Origin: a virus
IMG/VR virus record: IMGVR_UViG_3300022188_000226
Span: 32,001 to 96,000 of that record
DNA: 64,000 bases
Reading direction: 5' to 3' (one strand)
The position numbers were made by a program, and so were the translations under genes. Positions 50,539-59,969 of the stretch are shown piece by piece (the stretch's first letter is position 1; each line of letters opens with the position of its first letter). Below the pieces are notes generated by a model. That model was not told the DNA's origin and made no database searches. It saw only the letters and a list, made by a program, of their open reading frames with translations.

Positions 50539-51027
50539 TTGGATTTAAGTAATATAAAATTTATAATAAGTGAAGTAGATGGTGTAATAACAGAACACCT
50601 ATCCGGTATAGGTGAGATGGGTATCACTTTATTCAAACAATTCTGTATTAAGGAATTTGAGGCAATAAACTTTATCAAAAAAGATTGGGGTTTCGCTTTT
50701 TTGTCAATTGACGCAGCTATAAGTATGTCTACATGTAAGAAAAAGAACATACCTTTCTTTTTTGCTGAGAGAAGTAAGAAAGAAATATTTAATAATATGT
50801 TGCGGCGTTATGATATTACAGCAGATAATGTACTATATATAGGAAGTATGTATTCTGACATAGAATGTATGAAGATGTCTAGTTTATCGATGTGTCCTGA
50901 GGATGCTTCACAGCAGGTAAAAAATGTGGCTGATCACGTGATTCCGGTTTATAGTGGTAATGGTGTGCTGTGCTATGTGTATGATACTTTATTTAGTTAC
51001 AAACTTAGTAAGAATAGGGGTGAATAA
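50539..51027 (+). CDS. KdsC-like HAD protein with an altered active site
   Basis: 'FIISEVDGVITE' and 'YIGSMYSDIECM...CPEDA...VK..AD......GNG'. Confidence 0.7.
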   Translation: MDLSNIKFIISEVDGVITEHLSGIGEMGITLFKQFCIKEFEAINFIKKDWGFAFLSIDAAISMSTCKKKNIPFFFAERSKKEIFNNMLRRYDITADNVLYIGSMYSDIECMKMSSLSMCPEDASQQVKNVADHVIPVYSGNGVLCYVYDTLFSYKLSKNRGE

Positions 51028-53511
51028 TTGTCTATTTTACGAATGGAAGTGGGTAAAATACTCCTCAGGGACGTTATAGACACTGCGTATGGTAATATAT
51101 ACGAAACAATTGTGTTTAAGAATGTATATAAAAATCCTGTAGTTATAGCATATATCATGACGAGAGTTGGTGGTGAGTCTATTGATGTTCGTGTTAGAAA
51201 TGTTACCCAGTTAACTTGTGAAATTTTTATGCAGGAATGGGATAATGAAGAACATTCTAGTGAGTGGGTTTCTTATATGGTTATTGAGTCCGGCAAATAT
51301 CTTTTACCTAGTGGTTTAAGTGTTGAAGCAGACACAACATCCATTCCTGCAACAGCTGTACATAATGCTACAGAGGGTCCAGGTAGTTTCAATACCGTCA
51401 ACATTAATTTCCAAACTATTTTTTCTACAGATCCTGCATTTTTTGTGACCTTAAATACCTTCAATAATAATGACTTTATGTCTGTTTCTTCTATGTCTAT
51501 TACCTCTTCAGGGGCAGAAGTATTTCAAGAAAAACAACGTACTAATAAAACTCCGGCTGATGAAATTGCTGGGTGGGTAGCCATATCAGAATTTTCTGGT
51601 GAATTACCGTGGGAAACAGTTTTTGAAACAGGGAAATTTAGTGATGGTTCTAGTGATGGGGTCGGTGACACACCACACAAAGTAACATATACGCAAACCT
51701 ATAGTGAGCCTCCGATAGTTTTTTCACAAGTTAACACACTTAATGGTTGGGATGGTTCATGGGCTAGAGGGTATTTTTGGGCACTAGATTATTTTGAAAC
51801 ATATGCCGAAGAAGCAGACGATGGTGGGGGCATGTCGCACAATGATGAGGTATTTTCTCATTTAGTATTTGACTCGGAATTTAGTATTATATACGATGAA
51901 ACTTTTGGCATCTTTACATCAGAAAAATATAGAAATATTTGTACTGTAGATCCGTATGTGTTTAAAGCGTCAGTTACTGGTGTAAAAATATATGATCTTG
52001 CTTCAGAATCTTTGGTAAGTTGTGCAACTTTTTCAGGCGGGGTAAATTCTGTTTGGGCAAATGATGACTATCTTTATGCAGCAACATCGTTTTCTGGTGT
52101 ATGCAGAGCTACAATCAGTACTGTAACCGGTACTATAACATTTTCTGAGTACAAAAGTTACCCCAACATAACAGCTAACGATGTGAACTATATACATGGG
52201 TCAGGCGATTACCTATGTATATCTACAGTATCAGGTGTTGATAGAATAAAAATATCTAATGGCACTAGAGAATATCAAACATCTTCTCGTTCTAGTAAAT
52301 GTTTTCAAACTAGTAAGGGTGATTATTATTATGTAGTAAACCAATTTAAAGATATACAAGGACTTGATGATAATCTTTTTTGGTGGAGTTATGGTCGAGA
52401 AGTTAATCTATCCTCAACTATTCCAGAAGATAATTATCAATTAAAATTAACAATTCCAATAACACAACCAGATAACATTTATACACAAGCTATGCAGGAG
52501 GGTATAGATGTTAGAGTAATAGATAGTAATGGACAGTGTGTTCCACATTTTATAGAGGTTTGGGATTATGTTTCTCCTGTAGATATCTGGGTAAAATTAT
52601 CAAGAGGTGTAGATACATTATATATAATATATGGAAACCGTTCGGTAGTAGATACTTCTAGTGCTGAGGGTACGTTTAGATTATACGACCATTTTGAAGG
52701 TACAACACTAAATGAGGAGCGTTGGGACTTTGATGACGGGGGTTCTTCTACCAATACATATATCGTAGCTAATAGTGTTTTATCTATTAGAACAACCAGT
52801 AACGATTATACTGTTAAATTGTATTCTAATGAGGCTTTTTTTGGTGGGGTTATAGAGGCTAAAGTAAAGTATCGTACTACTGACCTTGAAGATGACATGG
52901 ATTATACATTAACTTTTTTAGATAGTGTGCTTTCTTATATAGGGGTTGACGATAGTTGGCATGAATTTCCGCATTACATAAGGACTTATGATCCACAAGG
53001 AGTAAGTACTACTACGTACGGAACAAAATTACTTAGTACAGAATGGAAAATTCATACTGTAGTAGAAACGCCGGATTATCAAGCTTCTAATTATGATGGG
53101 GAGACTGTGGCAACTTCAGCAACATTGGATTCTGGTTACAGAAAAATAAGGTTTTCTTATAATTCAGGGGCTAATAAGCCGGATCTTGATATAGATTGGG
53201 TACGTGTAAGAAATTATGACCAAAACCCACCAGTTGTAGTGGTAGAACGTGGTAAAAGTATAAACGATTTATTTGATGCTGCAGAGCTTCACGCGGTATA
53301 CGATAATGGAGATAGTTATACGTATAGTTCGTCTCAGAACGATGTAATATCCTCAGCATATATATCAGATTTATATGTGACTGAAAATACGTCTATTTAT
53401 GGTGATGGTAATGTTATATTTTTGGGTACTTCTTGGGGAGCTTATGTTTTAGAAGAAAAACGTGGTGATGAAAGTAATTGCCGTAAAAGAATATATTTAA
53501 TTGAGACTTGA
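51028..53511 (+). CDS. Virion-type protein: H-type-lectin-like repeats + propeller interrupted by DUF2341
   Basis: Three 'F/Y...P.V' repeats, a segment paralogous to 10759-11532, and 'GIDVRVID...IEVW...IWVK...IIYGN'. Confidence 0.65.
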   Translation: MSILRMEVGKILLRDVIDTAYGNIYETIVFKNVYKNPVVIAYIMTRVGGESIDVRVRNVTQLTCEIFMQEWDNEEHSSEWVSYMVIESGKYLLPSGLSVEADTTSIPATAVHNATEGPGSFNTVNINFQTIFSTDPAFFVTLNTFNNNDFMSVSSMSITSSGAEVFQEKQRTNKTPADEIAGWVAISEFSGELPWETVFETGKFSDGSSDGVGDTPHKVTYTQTYSEPPIVFSQVNTLNGWDGSWARGYFWALDYFETYAEEADDGGGMSHNDEVFSHLVFDSEFSIIYDETFGIFTSEKYRNICTVDPYVFKASVTGVKIYDLASESLVSCATFSGGVNSVWANDDYLYAATSFSGVCRATISTVTGTITFSEYKSYPNITANDVNYIHGSGDYLCISTVSGVDRIKISNGTREYQTSSRSSKCFQTSKGDYYYVVNQFKDIQGLDDNLFWWSYGREVNLSSTIPEDNYQLKLTIPITQPDNIYTQAMQEGIDVRVIDSNGQCVPHFIEVWDYVSPVDIWVKLSRGVDTLYIIYGNRSVVDTSSAEGTFRLYDHFEGTTLNEERWDFDDGGSSTNTYIVANSVLSIRTTSNDYTVKLYSNEAFFGGVIEAKVKYRTTDLEDDMDYTLTFLDSVLSYIGVDDSWHEFPHYIRTYDPQGVSTTTYGTKLLSTEWKIHTVVETPDYQASNYDGETVATSATLDSGYRKIRFSYNSGANKPDLDIDWVRVRNYDQNPPVVVVERGKSINDLFDAAELHAVYDNGDSYTYSSSQNDVISSAYISDLYVTENTSIYGDGNVIFLGTSWGAYVLEEKRGDESNCRKRIYLIET

Positions 53512-53537
53512 CAAGCTCAATTTTGTGATTATATTAT
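53507..53537 (+). promoter_or_regulatory. Sigma70-type promoter for the dnaX-polA operon
   Basis: cTTGACAa...gatTATATTAT, followed by acaggaaaagg as at 18425. Confidence 0.7.
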
Positions 53538-53580
53538 AGAAGTACAATTACATCACAGGAAAAGGAATGGAGGTTTATAT

Positions 53581-54663
53581 ATGATTTTAAGACGAGAAAC
53601 TTCAAGTGGGTCTAATGACCTTAATGTAGTCTATCGCCCTTGTCTTGTTACCGAGATGCTTGGTAACGAAACCAATAAGCGAATTATTAAGAATGCGTTA
53701 GACTCAGGAAAAGTTCCCCATACGCAGTTATTTACTGGAGATGCTGGGTGCGGTAAAACTACGGCAGCAAAGATAATTGCTTTAGGGTTAAATTGTGAAG
53801 AGAATGGTGTTAGTTCTAATCCATGTTTAAAATGTAAGTCGTGTAGAACTATACTAGAAGGAAATAGTTTAGGGGTTAAAGAGATTAATGTAGGGCAGTC
53901 CGGCGGAAAAGATTATGTAGATGCAATGGTAAGAGAACTTCCATTGTCTCCTTTTGATACGAGATACAAGATTTTAATCTTCGATGAAGCACACGAACTT
54001 ACGACAGCCGCTAAAGATCTTCTCCTTAAGCCAATAGAAGCTGGCTATGAACATGTGTATTTCATTTTTTGTACAAATCAACCTGAAAAATTACGTAGCA
54101 AAAAGAAGGATGCTGGTGAAGCGTTTCTTGATAGGTGTTCTGTACTTAATTTTAGTAGAATACCCATAGAAAAAGTACGGGGTCTACTACAGAACATATG
54201 TGAGTTTGAGGGGTTTCACTACAATGTAGACGTGTTAGATTTAATTGCTGAGGAATCAAAAGGAGTACCACGTAATGCAATTGTGTGGGTAAACCAGGTA
54301 GCTACTGAAGGTTCTTGGCTTGTTAGTGCAGCTAAAGAAATCTGTAGTGTAATGTCAGATGAGGATGAACCTAGGGTTCTTGAACTATGTCGGGCACTTA
54401 ATAAAGGTAGTTGGATAGAAGCTATCGAAATATTTGGTGGTATAAAGACAATCCCAGTAGAAACTGTTAGGATATCTGTATCTGGTTACTTTGTAAGTTG
54501 TTTGAAGAGGGCAAAGAAGTTTGGGGACGGTAAAAAATATTCAAGGGTTCTTGATATAGTCACTATACCAATTTTTGAGCAAGGAAAACTAGCAGAACAT
54601 AAGTGGTATAATTACATGTTTAAAATTGTTGATACTGTTTCTGCAGCCGGAAGGAGAGTTTAA
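53581..54663 (+). CDS. dnaX: Clamp-loader ATPase (DNA Pol III gamma/tau-like)
   Basis: YRP, GDAGCGKTT, zinc site C...PCLKCKSC, FDEAHEL, GVPRNA. Confidence 0.9.
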   Translation: MILRRETSSGSNDLNVVYRPCLVTEMLGNETNKRIIKNALDSGKVPHTQLFTGDAGCGKTTAAKIIALGLNCEENGVSSNPCLKCKSCRTILEGNSLGVKEINVGQSGGKDYVDAMVRELPLSPFDTRYKILIFDEAHELTTAAKDLLLKPIEAGYEHVYFIFCTNQPEKLRSKKKDAGEAFLDRCSVLNFSRIPIEKVRGLLQNICEFEGFHYNVDVLDLIAEESKGVPRNAIVWVNQVATEGSWLVSAAKEICSVMSDEDEPRVLELCRALNKGSWIEAIEIFGGIKTIPVETVRISVSGYFVSCLKRAKKFGDGKKYSRVLDIVTIPIFEQGKLAEHKWYNYMFKIVDTVSAAGRRV

Positions 54664-57600
54664 TGTCAGGATTAATAGAAGATACCAAGTCGATGCTTCC
54701 ACCACCTAATTATAAATATATTACCACAGAAGAAGAAGCAAGAGGGGCGATGTCTGTTTTAGATAATTACCCCATACACTCTATGGATATTGAAGCAACT
54801 GCTCTTGATCCTTATGAGGCTAGATGGACTTTGTTACAGGTAGGAATACCAGACCAGGTTTTTGTTTTTGATGTAAGACATGATACTGAGCACAGTAGTT
54901 TACACCCAGAAGTGTTAGACCCAATGCTTCAAGACCAAACAAAGGTTCGTATATTTCAGAATGCATCTTATGATATGAAAGTCATTAAAAGAAGTCGCGG
55001 GTATTATCTTGATAATATATATGATACGATGCTTATAGAGCAGTTGAGTTATCTTGGGCTTGGTTTTACAAAAACTAGTTTGGATGCTTTAGTTTTCAGA
55101 CATCTTGGTTTATATATGTCTAAAGAACCTAGAAATACTTTTGCTGATTACTATCAGAAGTATAAACCTTTTCAACTAGAGTATGCAGCTAACGATGTAG
55201 TTCCTTTACAGATGATTAAAGATTTACAGTGGCCTAATATACAGAAAGAGGGGTTAGAGGGTGTTGCACAGTTGGAGTTTGAATTCTTAGTCCCGTTATG
55301 CGAAATGGAACTAAATGGAATTTGTATAGACGAGCATAAGTGGCGAAAAATGATGGCTGAAGTTAAGGATGAACGAGATAATGTTCACAGTATTATACAA
55401 GAAACACTAGCAGAATCACAGGCACAAGCTACTATGTTTGGGGTATCTCTAACTAATATTGATAGCCCTTCACAGCTTAAAAAGGCTTTAAGTAGATACG
55501 GTTTACCACTTGATAGTACTGCAGAAGAAGCTTTAAAAAAGCATCAAGGCTTGCCTGTAATTGACGCACTACTTGATTATAGGAAAGCTAATAAACTTAT
55601 AAGCACTTATTCCGAAACACTACTTGCTAAAATTAATAAAGTAACTGGCAGATTACATACAAACTTTAGACAAATGGTTGCTACAGGTCGTATGAGTAGT
55701 TCTAATCCAAATTTACAGAACATACCAAAGAAGCAAAAGTTTCGTTCATGTTTTGTAGCTAAAGAAGGGTATTCGTTATTAACTGCTGATATGTCTGGTG
55801 CCGAGCTCCGTATTCTTGGTAATTTATCAAAAGATCCAGTGTTCATTGACGCATATGCTACTGGTCAGGATTTACATACACGTACTGGTTCGGAAATGTT
55901 CAAGGTTGCTTATGAGGAGGTACAGAAGCATCAACGTAACGCAGCAAAATCTGTGAATTTTGGTCTTTGCGGGTCGGAAGATACTGATATTATTACTAAT
56001 TTAGGAATAAAAAAAATAAAAGAGGTTAAAGCTAGAGACAAGGTAGCACATGATGTTGGTTTTAACGAAGTAATAGATAGTGCTTTTATGGGACAAAAAG
56101 AAGTTTTTGAAATTAAAACTAAATACGGTTATACATTAGAAGTAACAGCAGACCACCCAATGAAAGTAATAAACAGTGATGGAGATTATGTTGATAAGAA
56201 ATTAAAAGATTTGAATTTGAATACTGATTTAGTATGTATCAAAAATGGAGCTAACTTATTTCCACATGAAGAAGTATTTTTTGACAAGTTTGAAGTGTCA
56301 AAAGTTACTAATTATAAACATATAGATTTACCAAAAAAACTCAATTCATGTGTGGCGGCGTTTTTAGGTTTATTTATTGCTGAAGGAAGTGTGTTCAAAA
56401 CAAGAGGTAGCTCAAATTATGGGGTTGTTGCGTTTGGTTTTAGTAAAGAAAACAAAGAATTTATATATAATATGGATAAATTATTTAACAATCTATTTGG
56501 CCACAGGGTATCTATCCATGATGGTAAATATAAGAGATATACGATCAATTCTGTTTTGTTTGCTGAGTGGCTTGTTACTATTTTAGACATTAAGGGGCAT
56601 AACAAGACTGATGATATTGGTATTCCTGATTGTATAAAAAGATCACCGAGAAAACATCAGGTAGAATTTTTGAAGTGGTTGTTTGAAGGGGATGGTACAA
56701 TTAAGAAAAACGGTAAAGGGTGTAAAATATGTTACAGTAGCAACTCTAAAAAACTTGTAAAAGATATTCAGACTGTGCTTCTAAACTTTGGGGTGTTATC
56801 ATCTATTACTATAGAAAGCAGGAGTGGTTACGATAAAAATTATTATGCGTTGTCTATTATAACTGTGACTAATGAATTGTTTATGTCTGAAATTGGATTT
56901 TTAACTAAGGTCAAAAATGATAAATATATAAATCTCGTGAAGCATATTATTTCCTCTTATTTTGTGGGCCGCCATAAAGAAAGGATTAAAGATGTTGTGT
57001 TGAATAATTATGTAAGTACTCAACTAGAAAGTAGATTTAGCGAAAGTATGTGTGGTGATAACGTTGGAAATATTTACCTAAAAGAGTTGTCTAAATACGA
57101 TGAATTTTTTGATTTTATATACAAAAATAATATAGTTCCATTAAAAATAAAATCTATAATGACTAAAGGTATTAAAAGAGTTTACGACTTGGCTATTGAA
57201 AACCATCAATATTTTTTAGCCAATGGTTTTATTGTACATAATTGTTATGGTATGTCCGCAGTTGGTTTATCAAAGAGATTAAAAGTGTCCAAAAAGGAAG
57301 CAGAAAATCTTATTTTTAGATATTTTAATGCCTATAAAGGAGTTAAAAAGTATTTAGATAAGGCAGGAAAGGACGCTGTACGAAATAGACATAGTACAAC
57401 CATTAGTGGACGTCGACGTTACTATAATATGCCTCCTCATGACCACCCAGATCGTAGAATGATGCAAAGTAGGATAGAAAGACAGGGTAAGAACGCAGGT
57501 ATTCAAGGATGTTTGTGTGCAGGTAGCGTTATTAAAGGTATTGGTGCTATAGAAAATTGTGTTGATAAGTGTGTAGAAATTAAAACAGGGTTTGGTGACG

Positions 57601-59102
57601 ATAATGCGGTTGGTGTTTATTCTGGTAAGAAGGGGGTTTATAACTTAAAATTATCTAATGGTGTTGAGTTAGGGATTACACTTGATCATAATATACCTGT
57701 TGTAAGAGATAATAGCATTGTAGACATACCTGTAGTAGAGTTAAACGATAAAGACTTTATTTTAGTACCGTTAAACATTACTGACGGGAAAGTTACTGAT
57801 ATTTCTGGATATGATTATAACTGTCCTAATGTTATGGATATTAAATTGTCTTTTATATGTGGTTGTTTACTTAGTGATAATTGTTCCATAAAACGTAATC
57901 ATTTTAGATTTGTTTGTCAAGAACATGAAATAGGGTTGTTTGCTAAATTTAATAACTACATAGAGGATTTATTTTGGTATCAGCCTGAAATTAAAGTATT
58001 AAATGAAGATAGAAAAACACTTTTGTATGTGTCTAAAATTAGATCAGTAATTGTATGTGAATTTATGAAACATATCGGGTTAGACTGTGTTAAACATGTA
58101 GAAAAGAAGATTCCTGAGTATTTTTATACAGAGACTGTTATTAATAAAGGTGAATTGTTAAATGGGTTGTTTTCTATTAATGGTGGAATGACTTCTAAAT
58201 CAGGACCAAATTTTACTACATCATCGAAATACTTGGCTAATAGTGTGCACCAATTACTATTTACATTAGGCATCAATTCAAATTTAAAAACATATATCGA
58301 GAAAGATGAGTGTATTTACAAAATTCAGATACCAAAAAGATTTAATTATAAATTTGAACAATACATAGGATTTTCTGTGTTAGAAAAACAACGATGTTTA
58401 ATTAGTGAAAACAATAATCATGAGTTTGTAGATAATAGTGTTGTCCCAGAGTTTATTCCTAAAACTATAGAAAAGGTTTTACATAGAAATTCTAATTACC
58501 TAGAAGAATTTTCTAAAGATGAAAAAGAATATTTAAGAAGATTTAAATTAGGTAAATGCTCTTTCAGTAGTTGGAGAAAATTTTATAAATGTTTACCAGA
58601 TTGTAAAGAAAAAGTTATGTTATCTAAGTATTTAAATTACGATTTCTGTCATATTCGTTCTTTAAACTATAGAGGTAAAGAAGATACATACGATATGATG
58701 TGTGATAATATTCATTACTTTACAGCTAACGGGGTAATAGTTCATAATTCTAACGCTGACACAATTAAAGAGGCTATGATTATATTAGTGGAACGTCTTA
58801 AAAATTATGATGCAAAACTTATACTGACTGTACATGATGAGGTAGTAGTTGAGGTGGCAGAAGATCAGAAGTATGAGGTGGCTCCTATAGTTGCTCAATC
58901 CCTCATTGATGGTTTTGGTAAATATTTTACTACTATTCCTATGGAAACTGATACTTTGATTGGTCCAAGCTGGTTAAAAGAATCCTGTAGTAATAGACCA
59001 GATGGTAAAAACACGTGTGGCAACACGGAGATGAAATTTGTACCTCACAGTAAATTTGGAACTAAACTTGTATGTGCTAAATGCGGAGCTGATCAAGAAT
59101 AG
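54663..59102 (+). CDS. polA: Family A DNA polymerase (3'-5' exonuclease + polymerase) with two inteins; 641 aa after splicing
   Basis: DIEAT, TGRMSSSNPNLQNIP, DMSGAELR, AKSVNFGL|CYG, IQG|SNAD, TVHDE. Confidence 0.95.
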   Translation: MSGLIEDTKSMLPPPNYKYITTEEEARGAMSVLDNYPIHSMDIEATALDPYEARWTLLQVGIPDQVFVFDVRHDTEHSSLHPEVLDPMLQDQTKVRIFQNASYDMKVIKRSRGYYLDNIYDTMLIEQLSYLGLGFTKTSLDALVFRHLGLYMSKEPRNTFADYYQKYKPFQLEYAANDVVPLQMIKDLQWPNIQKEGLEGVAQLEFEFLVPLCEMELNGICIDEHKWRKMMAEVKDERDNVHSIIQETLAESQAQATMFGVSLTNIDSPSQLKKALSRYGLPLDSTAEEALKKHQGLPVIDALLDYRKANKLISTYSETLLAKINKVTGRLHTNFRQMVATGRMSSSNPNLQNIPKKQKFRSCFVAKEGYSLLTADMSGAELRILGNLSKDPVFIDAYATGQDLHTRTGSEMFKVAYEEVQKHQRNAAKSVNFGLCGSEDTDIITNLGIKKIKEVKARDKVAHDVGFNEVIDSAFMGQKEVFEIKTKYGYTLEVTADHPMKVINSDGDYVDKKLKDLNLNTDLVCIKNGANLFPHEEVFFDKFEVSKVTNYKHIDLPKKLNSCVAAFLGLFIAEGSVFKTRGSSNYGVVAFGFSKENKEFIYNMDKLFNNLFGHRVSIHDGKYKRYTINSVLFAEWLVTILDIKGHNKTDDIGIPDCIKRSPRKHQVEFLKWLFEGDGTIKKNGKGCKICYSSNSKKLVKDIQTVLLNFGVLSSITIESRSGYDKNYYALSIITVTNELFMSEIGFLTKVKNDKYINLVKHIISSYFVGRHKERIKDVVLNNYVSTQLESRFSESMCGDNVGNIYLKELSKYDEFFDFIYKNNIVPLKIKSIMTKGIKRVYDLAIENHQYFLANGFIVHNCYGMSAVGLSKRLKVSKKEAENLIFRYFNAYKGVKKYLDKAGKDAVRNRHSTTISGRRRYYNMPPHDHPDRRMMQSRIERQGKNAGIQGCLCAGSVIKGIGAIENCVDKCVEIKTGFGDDNAVGVYSGKKGVYNLKLSNGVELGITLDHNIPVVRDNSIVDIPVVELNDKDFILVPLNITDGKVTDISGYDYNCPNVMDIKLSFICGCLLSDNCSIKRNHFRFVCQEHEIGLFAKFNNYIEDLFWYQPEIKVLNEDRKTLLYVSKIRSVIVCEFMKHIGLDCVKHVEKKIPEYFYTETVINKGELLNGLFSINGGMTSKSGPNFTTSSKYLANSVHQLLFTLGINSNLKTYIEKDECIYKIQIPKRFNYKFEQYIGFSVLEKQRCLISENNNHEFVDNSVVPEFIPKTIEKVLHRNSNYLEEFSKDEKEYLRRFKLGKCSFSSWRKFYKCLPDCKEKVMLSKYLNYDFCHIRSLNYRGKEDTYDMMCDNIHYFTANGVIVHNSNADTIKEAMIILVERLKNYDAKLILTVHDEVVVEVAEDQKYEVAPIVAQSLIDGFGKYFTTIPMETDTLIGPSWLKESCSNRPDGKNTCGNTEMKFVPHSKFGTKLVCAKCGADQE
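55968..57242 (+). mobile_element. Intein (425 aa) in PolA motif B
   Basis: Starts CGSEDT, contains TADH, LGLFIAEG and LFEGDG, ends IVHN followed by Cys. Confidence 0.92.
57510..58748 (+). mobile_element. Intein (413 aa) in PolA with degenerate LAGLIDADG motifs
   Basis: Starts CLCAGS, contains TLDH, CGCLLSDN and GLFSING, ends IVHN followed by Ser. Confidence 0.9.
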
Positions 59103-59104
59103 CA

Positions 59105-59956
59105 TTGAATAAATTTACATATAAATACATTAAAGAACAATTTGAAAAAGAATGGTATACTCTCATATCAAAAGAGTATACTAACAATTATACCCATTTA
59201 TTATATAAATGTCCAATTGGACACACTAATAGCATAGTTTATAGCAGTTGGCAGCAAGGTAGAAGATGCCCTAAATGTGCAAAGAATAAACGTCTTAATA
59301 TAAATGAAATTAGATTGTCTTTTGAAAAAGAGGGGTACACATTGCTTTCTAAAGAGTACGAGAATGCTAAATCTCTATTAGAGTATGAATGCCCTAATGG
59401 GCATAACCATAAGACATCTGCTGATAATTTTAGACGAGGATATAGATGTCCTTATTGTAACGGAAGGCCTGTAATAACTATTAAAGAGGCGAAGGAAGTT
59501 TTTGAACAAGAAGGTTACATCCTTTTGACAAATATTTATATTAATGGTGAGAAAAAATTAAAATATAAGTGCCCTGTTGGGCATATCCACAGTGTTGGTT
59601 TGACCTCTTTTAAAAGTGGGGTACGTTGCCCAACATGTTCTAATATAAAAATGTCAGGTTCTGGGCATCCAAACTGGAAAGGTGGTATTTCTTGTGAACC
59701 TTACTGTGTAGATTGGACAAAAGAATATAAAAATTTTATTAAAGAACGTGATGGGTATAGATGTTTGAATCCAGATTGTACAAAAAGACATAAAAGATTA
59801 CATGTACACCATATAGACTACATCAAAAAGAATTGCAGTATGGAAAACTTGATAACACTGTGTGGGAGTTGCAATTCAAGGGCTAATTACGAAAGAGATT
59901 GGCACCAATCTTGGTATCAATCTATATTACATAATAGATATAATTATAAATATTAG
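59105..59956 (+). CDS. HNH homing endonuclease with zinc-ribbon repeats
   Basis: Three C..GH...RCP.C repeats, 'HPNWKGG', 'RDGYRC...LHVHHIDY...NLITLC.SC'. Confidence 0.85.
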   Translation: MNKFTYKYIKEQFEKEWYTLISKEYTNNYTHLLYKCPIGHTNSIVYSSWQQGRRCPKCAKNKRLNINEIRLSFEKEGYTLLSKEYENAKSLLEYECPNGHNHKTSADNFRRGYRCPYCNGRPVITIKEAKEVFEQEGYILLTNIYINGEKKLKYKCPVGHIHSVGLTSFKSGVRCPTCSNIKMSGSGHPNWKGGISCEPYCVDWTKEYKNFIKERDGYRCLNPDCTKRHKRLHVHHIDYIKKNCSMENLITLCGSCNSRANYERDWHQSWYQSILHNRYNYKY

Positions 59957-59969
59957 GAGAATTAATTAA

